In this document: positions 8,649 to 18,196 of the stretch, piece by piece | Numbering within the stretch: the stretch's first letter is position 1 | Layout of the letters: each line of letters opens with the position of its first letter | Origin: Candidatus Micrarchaeota archaeon | Lineage (GTDB): Archaea > Micrarchaeota > Micrarchaeia > Anstonellales > Bilamarchaeaceae | Direction of reading: 5' to 3' | Assembly (NCBI GenBank): GCA_043812915.1 | Contig: JBDRLQ010000003.1 | Coordinates: 61,870-125,869, forward strand | Length of the DNA stretch: 64,000 nt | Translations under genes and position numbers: made by a program | The notes under the pieces: model-generated | Seen by the model: only the letters and a program-made list of their open reading frames with translations | What the model was told of the DNA's origin: nothing | Databases searched by the model: none

Positions 8649-9695
8649 TCATCGCAGCTGAAAATCCAGGTGATAACATTTGTTCGGCGCCTGTATTGCG
8701 ATTTCGTATTCAGCTTTCTGCCATCCCACATTGGATATAATCAGCTTCCTGCCCCTTGGAAGGTCAAATACAGTATCCTCATCCTCAGTCGGAATTCTTA
8801 CAATATCTGGGAACAACCCGAATCCGTTCAGAATGTGGAACAGTCTTTCTCCCATCTCAGCATATGTTCCTTCGAATACGGTCTCTTTCGGGCATTCTGA
8901 ATTTTTTGTCAGTGCCATTCCCCTAATCCTCAGCCTACCGGCGCTCCCGACTCCAGTTTCAAGAATCTCACCGACTTCGGGCAGCCTGAAGCTCTCAAGC
9001 GAGCGGATTTTCCCAGTCATCCTTGCGATAATCAGCTCAATCTTATACTTGGTCCAATTATCGTCCACTTCTGCCTGGACAAAGTGGCACGCAAGCGGGT
9101 CCTCCCCCATCTCCTCCATCATGCTGATTTCATCATCGGCATCAAGCGACGTATAAAAATCCGCTCCTGACCCGAGGATTTTTCTGATTTTGTATATCTG
9201 TTCAATTAGTATTAATGCTGCCTTTAGGCTCCCGCCCTTTTCGTTGTCAAGGAACCTGAGCTCTTCTTCAACTGCCTCCTTGACCATCCTCTCCAGGATT
9301 TTTCGGAGTGTCCTTCCGGCGGCTTTGTCCTCCGCGAACAGGGCTGATAAGGATTGGTAGTCCCGCTTTGTGATGATTCTCCTTGCGTTGCTCAGAAATC
9401 CCTTTTTTGCCTCTTGCTGGATCCTGTCCTTTTCCCTGCTTCTGACTGGCAATTGGAATGCTATTGGGTCTGCCCTTTTTTCTGGCCCCTCCTTGGATAC
9501 CCAGTCCAGCGAGTCTCGCACTTCTGCCATTGAAGGCTCTATGGTCAGGTAAATCATTCTTCTCCTGGGCCTGTCTCTCCCGCTTCTCCTGCGCTTCTTC
9601 TGGGGTCTGTCTCTTGGCGATTCAATCCAGGATGCGTTGAGGCTGCGCCTGAAGCCCTCTCGATTGGTAAACCTGGTACCCTTTGTAGCGTGCAT
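8649..9695 (-). CDS. hypothetical protein (orphan)
   Basis: 348-codon ORF with its own TATA-like box near 9722; no recognisable motif. Confidence 0.65.
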   Translation of the reverse strand: MHATKGTRFTNREGFRRSLNASWIESPRDRPQKKRRRSGRDRPRRRMIYLTIEPSMAEVRDSLDWVSKEGPEKRADPIAFQLPVRSREKDRIQQEAKKGFLSNARRIITKRDYQSLSALFAEDKAAGRTLRKILERMVKEAVEEELRFLDNEKGGSLKAALILIEQIYKIRKILGSGADFYTSLDADDEISMMEEMGEDPLACHFVQAEVDDNWTKYKIELIIARMTGKIRSLESFRLPEVGEILETGVGSAGRLRIRGMALTKNSECPKETVFEGTYAEMGERLFHILNGFGLFPDIVRIPTEDEDTVFDLPRGRKLIISNVGWQKAEYEIAIQAPNKCYHLDFQLR

Positions 9696-9765
9696 ATCAG
9701 GATAGTATACAGCATTTCCTCTTTATAAATGTTATCCTTTATGTGAAATGGTGTATCTAATGGGC

Positions 9766-10461
9766 CTAACGCTCAATCTGCTTGGTCTCAACCTGGCCCG
9801 CAGTCATCTTGTTTAGCCTGTCAAGGAATTCTCCCTGCATGCCGGCGAAAATCTCGATAACCACAATCAGCGAGCCGTCCCCTCCCCACTGCTCCTTCTT
9901 TATGCCGTAGTTCTTGAGAACTCCGTATGAGCGGTGGGCGAATGCAGGCGGAACTTTCACCGCGAGCTGCACCCTCTCGAACTTCAGCGGAAGAATGGGC
10001 AGGAGCTTCTTGATTATATCATCAATCTGGTCTCTCGGGTCCTTGAACGGGTCAACATGCACCCTCGCGTCCTTGAGCGCCTGCTCAATCCTTATCTGGG
10101 TGTGCGGCGCCTTTGTCCTGGGGTCTATTGATTCTCTAAGCAGTATGGCGACTATCTGCTTGTACCTCTCCGCCTGCTTCTTCTTCCGCTGCTCGGTTGT
10201 GAGCTGCACCTCTCCGTCTTTCAGGATTATCTCGAGTATCTCAAGGGCATCAGTGGTGCCGAAGGCCTTCTGCAAGTCCGTGGATTTCGCCCTCTCCCCT
10301 TTCTTCGCGTCGCTGTAGATTTCATCCGCGACCAGTATGTTCTTGACATCCGTCTTCCTTCTCTCAAGGAAAGCGTATGTCGGTTCGGGGTCGACATATA
10401 CCTCGAAATGTTTTCCATCCCTGTCATAATAAGCGATTATCGATTTGTCAAGTGTAGTCAT
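9766..10461 (-). CDS. ribosome maturation factor SBDS/Sdo1
   Basis: HFEVYVDP, IYSDAKKGERA, VQLTTEQR, DPRTKAPH. Confidence 0.96.
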   Translation of the reverse strand: MTTLDKSIIAYYDRDGKHFEVYVDPEPTYAFLERRKTDVKNILVADEIYSDAKKGERAKSTDLQKAFGTTDALEILEIILKDGEVQLTTEQRKKKQAERYKQIVAILLRESIDPRTKAPHTQIRIEQALKDARVHVDPFKDPRDQIDDIIKKLLPILPLKFERVQLAVKVPPAFAHRSYGVLKNYGIKKEQWGGDGSLIVVIEIFAGMQGEFLDRLNKMTAGQVETKQIER

Positions 10462-10564
10462 CTCCCTCTCCTCATGACAGTAACATTTGGCAACCTTTAA
10501 ATAGTTAATCGACTCCAGTTACAACACACTGAGAAATGCAGTCTTACTTTAGAGGAGAGGTGAT

Positions 10565-11452
10565 TTGTTGACGAAAGAAGAAGGGGCACCATCCCCAAAA
10601 AATGACGACAGCGTAGCAACGCTGGATAAAGGTACTCTTTATGGTGGAGTGATTGTTCTGCTTGTCGCTCTGCTTAGCGTTTCGGTCTTCACAGGTGGAT
10701 TCGGAGTGCATGCCGCCGGCGGAGAATGCGTGGAGTGCACGGAATGCCAGGTGTGCCCTGCTCCGGGCGAGTGCCAGGTCGGGGACACTGACCCGTATTC
10801 CGGAGTGCCCAACCTCGCGGTGAGCGTTGGTGACCTGCCGGCTTTGGGAGATGCCAATGCGCCAGCAACGCTCATAGAAGTGAGCGACTATCAGTGCCCT
10901 TACTGCTCAAGGTTCCATATGCAGACATCTGCCCCGCTCAAGCTGAGCCATGTGGATACGGGTCTGCTCAAGGTGCATTTCAGGGACTTCCCGCTCAGCT
11001 TCCACAACCATGCAATGGATGCTGCGATTGCAGCAAGGTGCGCGAATGCGCAGGGCCAGTTCTGGGATATGAATTTCATGCTCTTTGAGAATCAGCAGGC
11101 ATGGTCAGGAGCGCCAGATGTCCGTGAGACATTCTCCGGATATGCAGGAGACCTCGCGCTTGATGTGTCTGCCTTCCAGGCATGCTATGATTCGAGGGAG
11201 CACGAGGCCGCCATCAACTCCGACATGACTTCTGCTTCACAGTCAGGAGTGCAGGGAACGCCCGGAAGCTTCATCGTTATCCCGAAGGAGAACGTGGATG
11301 CGCTCTCATTCAAGAGCGCCGTTAGCGGCCTTCAGGGGATATACGGCTCTGACGGCATCAGGCTCTATCAGGATGCCGACAACGTCATCGTATTCGTTGG
11401 AGGGGCATATCCGCTTGATGTGTTCACGACCGTGCTGAGTGAAGTGAATTAG
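10565..11452 (+). CDS. membrane-anchored DsbA-family thiol:disulfide oxidoreductase
   Basis: N-terminal TM segment, SDYQCPYC, RDFPL, GVQGTP. Confidence 0.92.
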   Translation: MLTKEEGAPSPKNDDSVATLDKGTLYGGVIVLLVALLSVSVFTGGFGVHAAGGECVECTECQVCPAPGECQVGDTDPYSGVPNLAVSVGDLPALGDANAPATLIEVSDYQCPYCSRFHMQTSAPLKLSHVDTGLLKVHFRDFPLSFHNHAMDAAIAARCANAQGQFWDMNFMLFENQQAWSGAPDVRETFSGYAGDLALDVSAFQACYDSREHEAAINSDMTSASQSGVQGTPGSFIVIPKENVDALSFKSAVSGLQGIYGSDGIRLYQDADNVIVFVGGAYPLDVFTTVLSEVN

Positions 11453-11481
11453 TTTTTTTCTTTTTTCTTTTCCTTCCTTTT

Positions 11482-12321
11482 CTATAATGCGAAAATGCAT
11501 ATCAGCCCAATTACCATCAGGGCTATCGCCGCGTATTTATGCGCATCCAGCCTCTCTCCTAGCAGGAAGTAGGAGGCGACTGCGTTTATTATCGGGGTCC
11601 CTGCGCTGACTGCCGCTGTCAATGCAGCGCCTACCATCCCGACCGAGATGCTATATAATAAGGAGCCTGAGAACGCCAATGTGCCTGCCAGTGCCGGGAA
11701 GATGCCCTGCCTCAGGCTTGGAGGGGAGATGTCTCTGCCCCGTATCGCGTGGAATGATATTACGAATACAGTAATCCCAAGCTCAAGCAGCACCGTCGCC
11801 TCAAAAGCCCCTAGAGCGAGAACGAAGTTCTTTATGAAAGTATAATAGAAGGCCCTGCACAGGATTGCAAAGCCCAGGTAAAGAAGCCAGGGGCCGGATT
11901 TCAGCCCTTTCCCGTCCATTGCAAGAATGAGCGTTGCAATAACCATTATCACCGAGCCTGCAATCTGCCCAAAACTGAGTTCCTCCTCAAGGAATGCTAT
12001 GCTCATCACGAGCACTATCAGAACGTATGATTTCGATATCGGGGCAGTCAGGCTTGACTCGCCGTAATGCAGTGCCTTGTAGGAGGCCATCACGCCAAGG
12101 CTTCCGATGATTACTTCTGCAGCATACAATGGCATGAGGTCCTGCGGAAGATGGACGTTCAGCCCCATCAGGAATGCGCCTGCAAGAAGCAGGGCAATCA
12201 TCACAACATACGCATACACAATCGCGCGGTGCCTGCCAATTTCAGTTATCGCCTTCTTTGAAATCGCGCTGAGTGTACCGAATGAAAAGAGGGAGCTGAT
12301 GGATGGAAGGAATTCAAGCAT
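11482..12321 (-). CDS. DMT/EamA family transporter
   Basis: About 10 TM segments in two repeats (FLEEEL / LLGERL). Confidence 0.9.
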   Translation of the reverse strand: MLEFLPSISSLFSFGTLSAISKKAITEIGRHRAIVYAYVVMIALLLAGAFLMGLNVHLPQDLMPLYAAEVIIGSLGVMASYKALHYGESSLTAPISKSYVLIVLVMSIAFLEEELSFGQIAGSVIMVIATLILAMDGKGLKSGPWLLYLGFAILCRAFYYTFIKNFVLALGAFEATVLLELGITVFVISFHAIRGRDISPPSLRQGIFPALAGTLAFSGSLLYSISVGMVGAALTAAVSAGTPIINAVASYFLLGERLDAHKYAAIALMVIGLICIFAL

Positions 12322-12330
12322 GACTTGCCC

Positions 12331-12867
12331 TCATCCTGGAAATCTTGCAACTACCGAGTATGCCGGCCCTTCCCTCGAGAGCATGCTCTTCATGAGCTGG
12401 AATCCATTAACCTCGAATTCCCCGAACTCATCATCCTTGTGATTCGCGACAAATTCCCTGACGTCTATCTTTTTTCTCACCCTTGCGAGGGTGAGGTGCG
12501 CCGAGAACCTGCTGTCCCCCCCGAACCTGACAAGGGCGCTTATGACGTCTTTTGCCAGGCTGTCCAGCTCCGGGCTTTCCACGCCCGCCCATACCACGCG
12601 GATGTAATCCTCATTCGGGAATACGCCAACCCCATTTATCCTGCATTTGAATGGGGAGAATGAGATCTGGCGCAATGCCTCCTTGATTTCTTCCAGCTTC
12701 TCTTCAGAGGTTTCCCCTATGAATTTCAGCGTGAGGTGCATATTCTCGGGCATCACCGGCTTAATCGAGTCTTCAGGAAGCTCCTTTGCCAGCAGCGCGA
12801 CTTTTTTTCTGATTTCCTGGGGGACTTCAACTGAAACAAAAAGCCTGAGTTCCCTTTTTTCATTCAT
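12331..12867 (-). CDS. thpR: RNA 2',3'-cyclic phosphodiesterase (2H family)
   Basis: RLFVSV, HLTLKFIG and HLTLAR motifs; start reassigned to ATG 12867. Confidence 0.93.
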   Translation of the reverse strand: MNEKRELRLFVSVEVPQEIRKKVALLAKELPEDSIKPVMPENMHLTLKFIGETSEEKLEEIKEALRQISFSPFKCRINGVGVFPNEDYIRVVWAGVESPELDSLAKDVISALVRFGGDSRFSAHLTLARVRKKIDVREFVANHKDDEFGEFEVNGFQLMKSMLSREGPAYSVVARFPG

Positions 12868-12942
12868 GCATCCCACCCAATGAGCGTTTGAACAAATAAT
12901 CCGCAGAATGATATATAAACTATCTCGCAGCAACTCAAAACG

Positions 12943-14196
12943 ATGTTGCGGCCCAAAACTATTGGCGTGGACCACTACGAGGTCTTCCACAACAGCAGCA
13001 AATCCCTCAGCATGGGCTTTTCCGGAGGGCAGACCAAGACGCGTGAGTATGAGGGGGATGTCGGATTCGGCGTGCGGGTGCTCAAGGGAGGCAAGGTCGG
13101 ATTCGGCTACTGTGAAAAGAGTTCGGCCCTAAAGGGCGCGATAAGAAACGCCCGCGAGATTTCCAGATTCTCCCCTAAAACCGGATTCTCTTTTGCCGAA
13201 CCTGCCAAATGCCCGGCCGTCAAGATTATTGATTCGAAAGTGCGGGACATGGGTGCGCAGGAGCTTAAGGAACTGCTTGATCAGGTCCGGGACGGCGCGG
13301 AGAAATTTTCCCCATTGTCAAGAGTCATCCTGTCGGCGGAGACCGAGACTATTTCCCTGGAGAATAACAAAGGTCTGCACAGCTCTTTTGATAGGACTGA
13401 GCTTTCAGGATATGTGGAAGTGATGGATGGGAACGGCTCGGGCTTCTCCCAGTACGGCTCCAACTTCATGATTGAGAATCCTGTTGGGATGGGCCTTGAA
13501 GCTGCCGAGATGGCCAAATCCATGAGGCATCCGAAGAAGCCTCCAGCCGGAAAGCACACGGTGGTTGTCGAGCCTGAAACGCTCAGCTCCCTCCTCGACA
13601 TATTGCTCCCCTCCTTTTCAGGCGACTGGGAGCGCAGGGACATATCGAAGCTCTGTGGAAAGAAGGGCAAGAAAATGTTCTCGAAATCATTCACGCTTGT
13701 GGATGACGGCACCTGCCCGGGCCTTGCATCAAGGCCTTTGGATGATGAAGGCGTTCCATCTAGGAAAAGGCCGCTTGTGCAGGACGGGCTCATCAAGCGC
13801 TTCGTATATGATAGGGAGACTGCCGCGCTTGCCAGGAAGAAGGCCGATGGCCACTGCAACCGAACGCACTATTCCATGCCCCCCGTTGCCGGGGTTTCCA
13901 ATCTTATTGTTGCTCCTGGCAGGTACACCAATCTTGTTGATGAGCTCAACGGCTGCATTGTTGTTCACTCCGCGCATGGCTCGCACACGGCGAACGTCAC
14001 AACCGGCGATTTCGGCCTTGAGGTGACGGTTGCATTTATGAAAAAGGGCAGGAAGATGATTCCTGTGCGGGGCTTCATGCTTGTCGGCAATGTCTTTGAT
14101 TTATTCAGGGACATAGAGGGAATCGAGAAGGACCAGCAGACCTATGGCAGCCTGATTACTCCCAGGATTGCGTTCAAGGGATTGAGGGTTGTCTAA
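12943..14196 (+). CDS. TldD/PmbA family protein (PmbA-like)
   Basis: GFGVRV..GG.VGFGY, DDEGVP, TTGDF, GFMLVGNVFDL. Confidence 0.92.
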   Translation: MLRPKTIGVDHYEVFHNSSKSLSMGFSGGQTKTREYEGDVGFGVRVLKGGKVGFGYCEKSSALKGAIRNAREISRFSPKTGFSFAEPAKCPAVKIIDSKVRDMGAQELKELLDQVRDGAEKFSPLSRVILSAETETISLENNKGLHSSFDRTELSGYVEVMDGNGSGFSQYGSNFMIENPVGMGLEAAEMAKSMRHPKKPPAGKHTVVVEPETLSSLLDILLPSFSGDWERRDISKLCGKKGKKMFSKSFTLVDDGTCPGLASRPLDDEGVPSRKRPLVQDGLIKRFVYDRETAALARKKADGHCNRTHYSMPPVAGVSNLIVAPGRYTNLVDELNGCIVVHSAHGSHTANVTTGDFGLEVTVAFMKKGRKMIPVRGFMLVGNVFDLFRDIEGIEKDQQTYGSLITPRIAFKGLRVV

Positions 14197-14293
14197 GCTT
14201 AAGGGCGGGCCGGGATAATTGTTGTAATTTGAGGAAGACTACTGATTATAAACTGTTTTAGCCCTAATTATCTACGCAAAAAGAGATGGAAAA

Positions 14294-15103
14294 ATGAAGA
14301 ATTTACCAAGAGAGCCTAAAGATTATGGGCCAGGTCAGATGTCAGACGAACTGCTGAACGTTGTTGCAAACCTTCAAATCGCATTTGATGCTAGCATCAG
14401 GAGAAAAAACTTTCCGATTTCAGTACGCACTGAAGAGGGGTTGAACATTTCCGTAGTTGGGCCTGAAGATGCTATAAAGCTCGCCGCCCTGGATGCCAGG
14501 ACTTTATCAGAGCAGGGGATTGAGCTTCTTGTCAATCCAAAAGAAATCCCGAATTATTCAACCCAGCGTGGAGCGCTCGAGAGCGCCTGCCGCGCTGCCG
14601 CCGAGCTCTCAGGAGACTATGATGTCGGAATCGGAATCGCAAAGAAGGGCATGTGGCTCTCCTTCATCTTTTCCACCCTTGGGCTGACAACCTATGATAT
14701 CATGGTTGTTCGTGATGGGGGCAATCGCACCATGATGCCAATGGACAGGCTTTCTCCGGATGTTCTGGATGGCAGTAGGGTACTGCTTTTCGATAACGAT
14801 GCCATTACCGGCGGCTCAGCGAACGCAATAGCCGCACTAATAAGGGCAGCAACAAATCCCAAGCATATTGATGTGCTGCTCGTCAATGGCTATGCGCATC
14901 TGAAACAGAAGGCCTTCAAGCCAGTAAGGGACCAGCTGGCACAAGGCCAGCATCTTGGAGTGACAAAAAGCAAAAGGCATGTAATCGATACGCTGGAATT
15001 CTCCGGGTCTTTAATTAGGAGAAAGATGGCTCTTGATAGGCATTTCAAAGGAACGGCCATGCATCTCAATCCGCTCAAGGTGAGGCTAGGTGTCGCAAGA
15101 TAA
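14294..15103 (+). CDS. type I phosphoribosyltransferase-like protein
   Basis: PRPP-loop-like VLLFDNDAITGGSA; GIAKKG loop. Confidence 0.7.
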   Translation: MKNLPREPKDYGPGQMSDELLNVVANLQIAFDASIRRKNFPISVRTEEGLNISVVGPEDAIKLAALDARTLSEQGIELLVNPKEIPNYSTQRGALESACRAAAELSGDYDVGIGIAKKGMWLSFIFSTLGLTTYDIMVVRDGGNRTMMPMDRLSPDVLDGSRVLLFDNDAITGGSANAIAALIRAATNPKHIDVLLVNGYAHLKQKAFKPVRDQLAQGQHLGVTKSKRHVIDTLEFSGSLIRRKMALDRHFKGTAMHLNPLKVRLGVAR

Positions 15104-16241
15104 GCCGAGGCTGATCGTCTCCACTGATATCGGAACTGACTTCGATGACGCAGCGGCAATCCGAATCGCGATGAATTCCTCATTTCTCGAGCTTGTCGGC
15201 ATATACACAACCAATGGCCCGGCAGAGCTTCGTGCAAGAATCGCAGATTGCATGCGCAGGCTCGATAATCACGGCGCCCTTGTGGCCATCGGCGAATCAA
15301 ATGCCCTTGGAACCGCTCTTCCTGTTTACACAACCGGCCTGGAGGCATCAATGCTGCCACCCTGCATGGATGAAGCGACGCCCAAGAGCCTTGGGATAGA
15401 AACCGACTGGCTGGGCGCGATTTCCAACCAGCTTTCCGGATTCAGGAAGACGATAATTGCCAGCCTTGCCCCATTGACCAATATCGCAAGGCTTCTTGGG
15501 GAAAGGCCGGAGCGCGCCAAGAATGTTGGTGCCCTATACATCATGGGGGGGAGGGAAGGTGAGCTTGAGCATAACTTCTCGCATGATTCTGTTGCCGCAA
15601 AGCGCGTTCTGGAATCAGGATTGAACATCATAGTTGTGCCTGCCGAGGTGTGCTCGTTGTATGGCGCAGACCTGTCTTTCTTGACCAGCCTGAACGGAAC
15701 TCCTGGAAACAGCCTTCTTGGAAGGATGGCCAGGCTATGGAAATTGGGCCATGATGCGCAGTTCTTCAGAAATTCGGAGCTTCTTCGCGATATTCTCAGG
15801 ACGAAGGCGGCAGGCTTTTTCGACGGGGATGAATTCTTTTACAAGACGCTTGAGCACATGTCCAGCACCAGGCGCATATTCAGCGATCCAGATTCTTTTC
15901 TGGAAACCTTCGGCGCTTGGATGGAACTTGTTTCCACTATGGAGGCGCCAGTAGTCCGGCAGCTGCGTGGGCACATCCTGGAAAATGAGATGACGACCAC
16001 CAAGGTTTCCGACGCGGTCGTAATATATGCAATCGAGCATCCTGAGAGAATTGATGTGGAAAGAGCGAATGTCTCATGCGATGATTGGGGGAGGATGAAA
16101 CTCGAGAAAGGGAATCGGCATGGGATTGTGCGGGATTTCGATGTCCGGCACTTCGAAACCTATTTCAAAAGGCGCTTGGTGAGCGCACATAAGCCGAAAT
16201 CCGTCAACCGTACGATGGAGAGAAAAAGGCAGGTCGCCTGA
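15090..16241 (+). CDS. nucleoside hydrolase (IU-NH family), with insertion
   Basis: TDIGTDFDDA.A, APLTN.A, IMGG, EHNF.HD..AA..V. Confidence 0.85.
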   Translation: MSQDKPRLIVSTDIGTDFDDAAAIRIAMNSSFLELVGIYTTNGPAELRARIADCMRRLDNHGALVAIGESNALGTALPVYTTGLEASMLPPCMDEATPKSLGIETDWLGAISNQLSGFRKTIIASLAPLTNIARLLGERPERAKNVGALYIMGGREGELEHNFSHDSVAAKRVLESGLNIIVVPAEVCSLYGADLSFLTSLNGTPGNSLLGRMARLWKLGHDAQFFRNSELLRDILRTKAAGFFDGDEFFYKTLEHMSSTRRIFSDPDSFLETFGAWMELVSTMEAPVVRQLRGHILENEMTTTKVSDAVVIYAIEHPERIDVERANVSCDDWGRMKLEKGNRHGIVRDFDVRHFETYFKRRLVSAHKPKSVNRTMERKRQVA

Positions 16242-16243
16242 TT

Positions 16244-17239
16244 TCATCCGTTGGCAGTTAACTGCCTGAACGGGTTCGGAAGGTGCTCCCGCAGTATCGC
16301 AAGCGCCGAATGGCCCCGCACGACCTCTGGGAACTTGTTCCTTATCGTTTTCACAATCATGTGAAGCTCCTGGATATTTTTCGCGTCGAAATCCACTTCC
16401 AGGTCCCATTCTGCAACCACCCTGTTGATATAAGTCGAGTTCGGATGCCGTTCGCAATACCGAATCAGCTGCCTCTCCCTTGCCCCCGCGCTATGCCTCA
16501 GCCAGAGAAGCACCTTGTATCTTTCATAGCCGAGCGCGTGTGAATTGAAATAGGTGCCAAAGAACCTGATTATGCCTTTTTTCCGGAGCTTCTTTATCCG
16601 GTACTGCACCGTGTCTGGAGAGAGATTGAGCCTGGATGCGATATCAACTGTTTTCATCCTCGCATTCTCGAAAAGCAGTTGCATTATCTGCTGGTCGTAC
16701 TCATCCAGGTCCTCAACCTTCTCTTCTTTTTTATGGGGGATTTGGTGCACCTTGCCTTGTTTTCCTGTAAAGTGCTCAAGCGGAAGAAATGCCTGCTGGA
16801 GGGTGATTACGATGCTTTTCGCCTTGATGAACTTGCCGAATCTCCCCATCATCCTTTCCATCTCTTCCTTGAATTCATTTTCATCTTTGAGCGTGAGCCT
16901 TAGCGTGAAGTCCCATTCCCCCTCGAATTCCGCGAACCATTGCGCTTTCGGATGGTCTTGGAAGAAAGAAACGAGCTTCTCCTCCTCCTGGTCAGTCATA
17001 TTCTCTGTCTTGATGTAGATCCTGAACGTCTTCAGGCCGAGCTTGGAAAGATTCGGTTCTGCGAACATCCGGATGATTATCCCCGCCCTCTGGAGCCTGT
17101 CTATCCGGTATTCCACCGTCTCGCTGCTCAGCTTCGCCTTCCTTCCTATCTGCGAATATGACTGCCTGGAGTCCTCCTCCAGCTGCCCCATAATGAATTT
17201 GTCTTTTTTATCAAGTTTTATGGGGATGCCCGTCTTCAT
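16244..17239 (-). CDS. Lrp/AsnC family regulator, tandem duplicated
   Basis: Two LD..D..I...L..(D/N)(S/A)R HTH + RAM units. Confidence 0.92.
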   Translation of the reverse strand: MKTGIPIKLDKKDKFIMGQLEEDSRQSYSQIGRKAKLSSETVEYRIDRLQRAGIIIRMFAEPNLSKLGLKTFRIYIKTENMTDQEEEKLVSFFQDHPKAQWFAEFEGEWDFTLRLTLKDENEFKEEMERMMGRFGKFIKAKSIVITLQQAFLPLEHFTGKQGKVHQIPHKKEEKVEDLDEYDQQIMQLLFENARMKTVDIASRLNLSPDTVQYRIKKLRKKGIIRFFGTYFNSHALGYERYKVLLWLRHSAGARERQLIRYCERHPNSTYINRVVAEWDLEVDFDAKNIQELHMIVKTIRNKFPEVVRGHSALAILREHLPNPFRQLTANG

Positions 17240-17247
17240 TATCCTAG

Positions 17248-17290
17248 ATTTCCGTAAAAAATTTAAATATCTTTCGTTTTTTTCGGAAAT
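17248..17290. promoter_or_regulatory. inverted repeat flanking a TATA-like box in a divergent promoter
   Basis: ATTTCCGTAAAAAA / TTTTTTTCGGAAAT (13 of 14 complementary) around TTTAAATA. Confidence 0.5.
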
Positions 17291-17364
17291 TTATCTCAGT
17301 AGAATATATATTCCTCGATTGCCACAAATTATTTACAAAAATAACAAAAGGAGGGCTGACACCA

Positions 17365-18099
17365 ATGAACAAACTATCGAAAACCAGGCCGGGAAACGTA
17401 CGGGAGCGCTGCAGAAGGACATTTCGGGGAGTTGCCGCGGCGACAGTGCTGGCAGTTGCCTCATTAATGCCTATGCGGACTGCGCATGCAGAGGCCGCCG
17501 CAGAACCGGAAGCCGTCTGTGAACAGGCTGAGGAAGAGGGCGCAACAGGATGGTTCGCGTTCCGTCCGGGCTACGTTATCGGCGCCAACCAGCTTATGCT
17601 GAAGATTGAGGGCGGAATGTCGGCTCCGACTGGCACCTCTATGTACGGCTTTGCGGAAATCCGGCCATCGGAGGAGGATTCGGCTTCCCTTGACAGCTTA
17701 TATTCTGAAATGAGGGTTATGCAGAGGCTGTATCGCGGCCTCAGGCTGTATGCCGAGCTGGACTTCGGGAGTGGGCTGGAGCCAATCGTGCGGCCAGGCC
17801 TGATATATGTTGCGTCGGTTGGGGGCTGGAATATAATGCCAAGGATATCTCCATGGAGTTTCGGAGGGGCAGGGGAGGTGCAATTCAGCATCTATCTCAA
17901 CAGGGCTTTTGGCGAGCGGATTTTTACCGAGTTCCTGATTGATATGAATTTCATCCAAGCCACAATCTACGCCGAGGTCGCAGCCGATGTTCTCATGCCA
18001 AGGGGCTTTTCAGTTGGGCTCTTTGTCAGCGTGTTCTCGGATTTGAGGATTGGGGAGGCAAGCGTTACGCCAATTGTGAGGGCAGGCGCTTCCTTCTGA
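17365..18099 (+). CDS. exported protein, predicted membrane beta-barrel (Tsx/DUF5020-like by eye)
   Basis: Signal peptide ending AHA; alternating amphipathic beta-strands; C-terminal IVRAGASF. Confidence 0.6.
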   Translation: MNKLSKTRPGNVRERCRRTFRGVAAATVLAVASLMPMRTAHAEAAAEPEAVCEQAEEEGATGWFAFRPGYVIGANQLMLKIEGGMSAPTGTSMYGFAEIRPSEEDSASLDSLYSEMRVMQRLYRGLRLYAELDFGSGLEPIVRPGLIYVASVGGWNIMPRISPWSFGGAGEVQFSIYLNRAFGERIFTEFLIDMNFIQATIYAEVAADVLMPRGFSVGLFVSVFSDLRIGEASVTPIVRAGASF

Positions 18100-18196
18100 T
18101 TCTTTTTTCTTCTTTCTCTTCGGCAACCGTTTGAAGCCCGAGCGAACATTTAAAAATCATTACCGGCTTTCTTTAAACCCATTTTCGGTGCATCCC

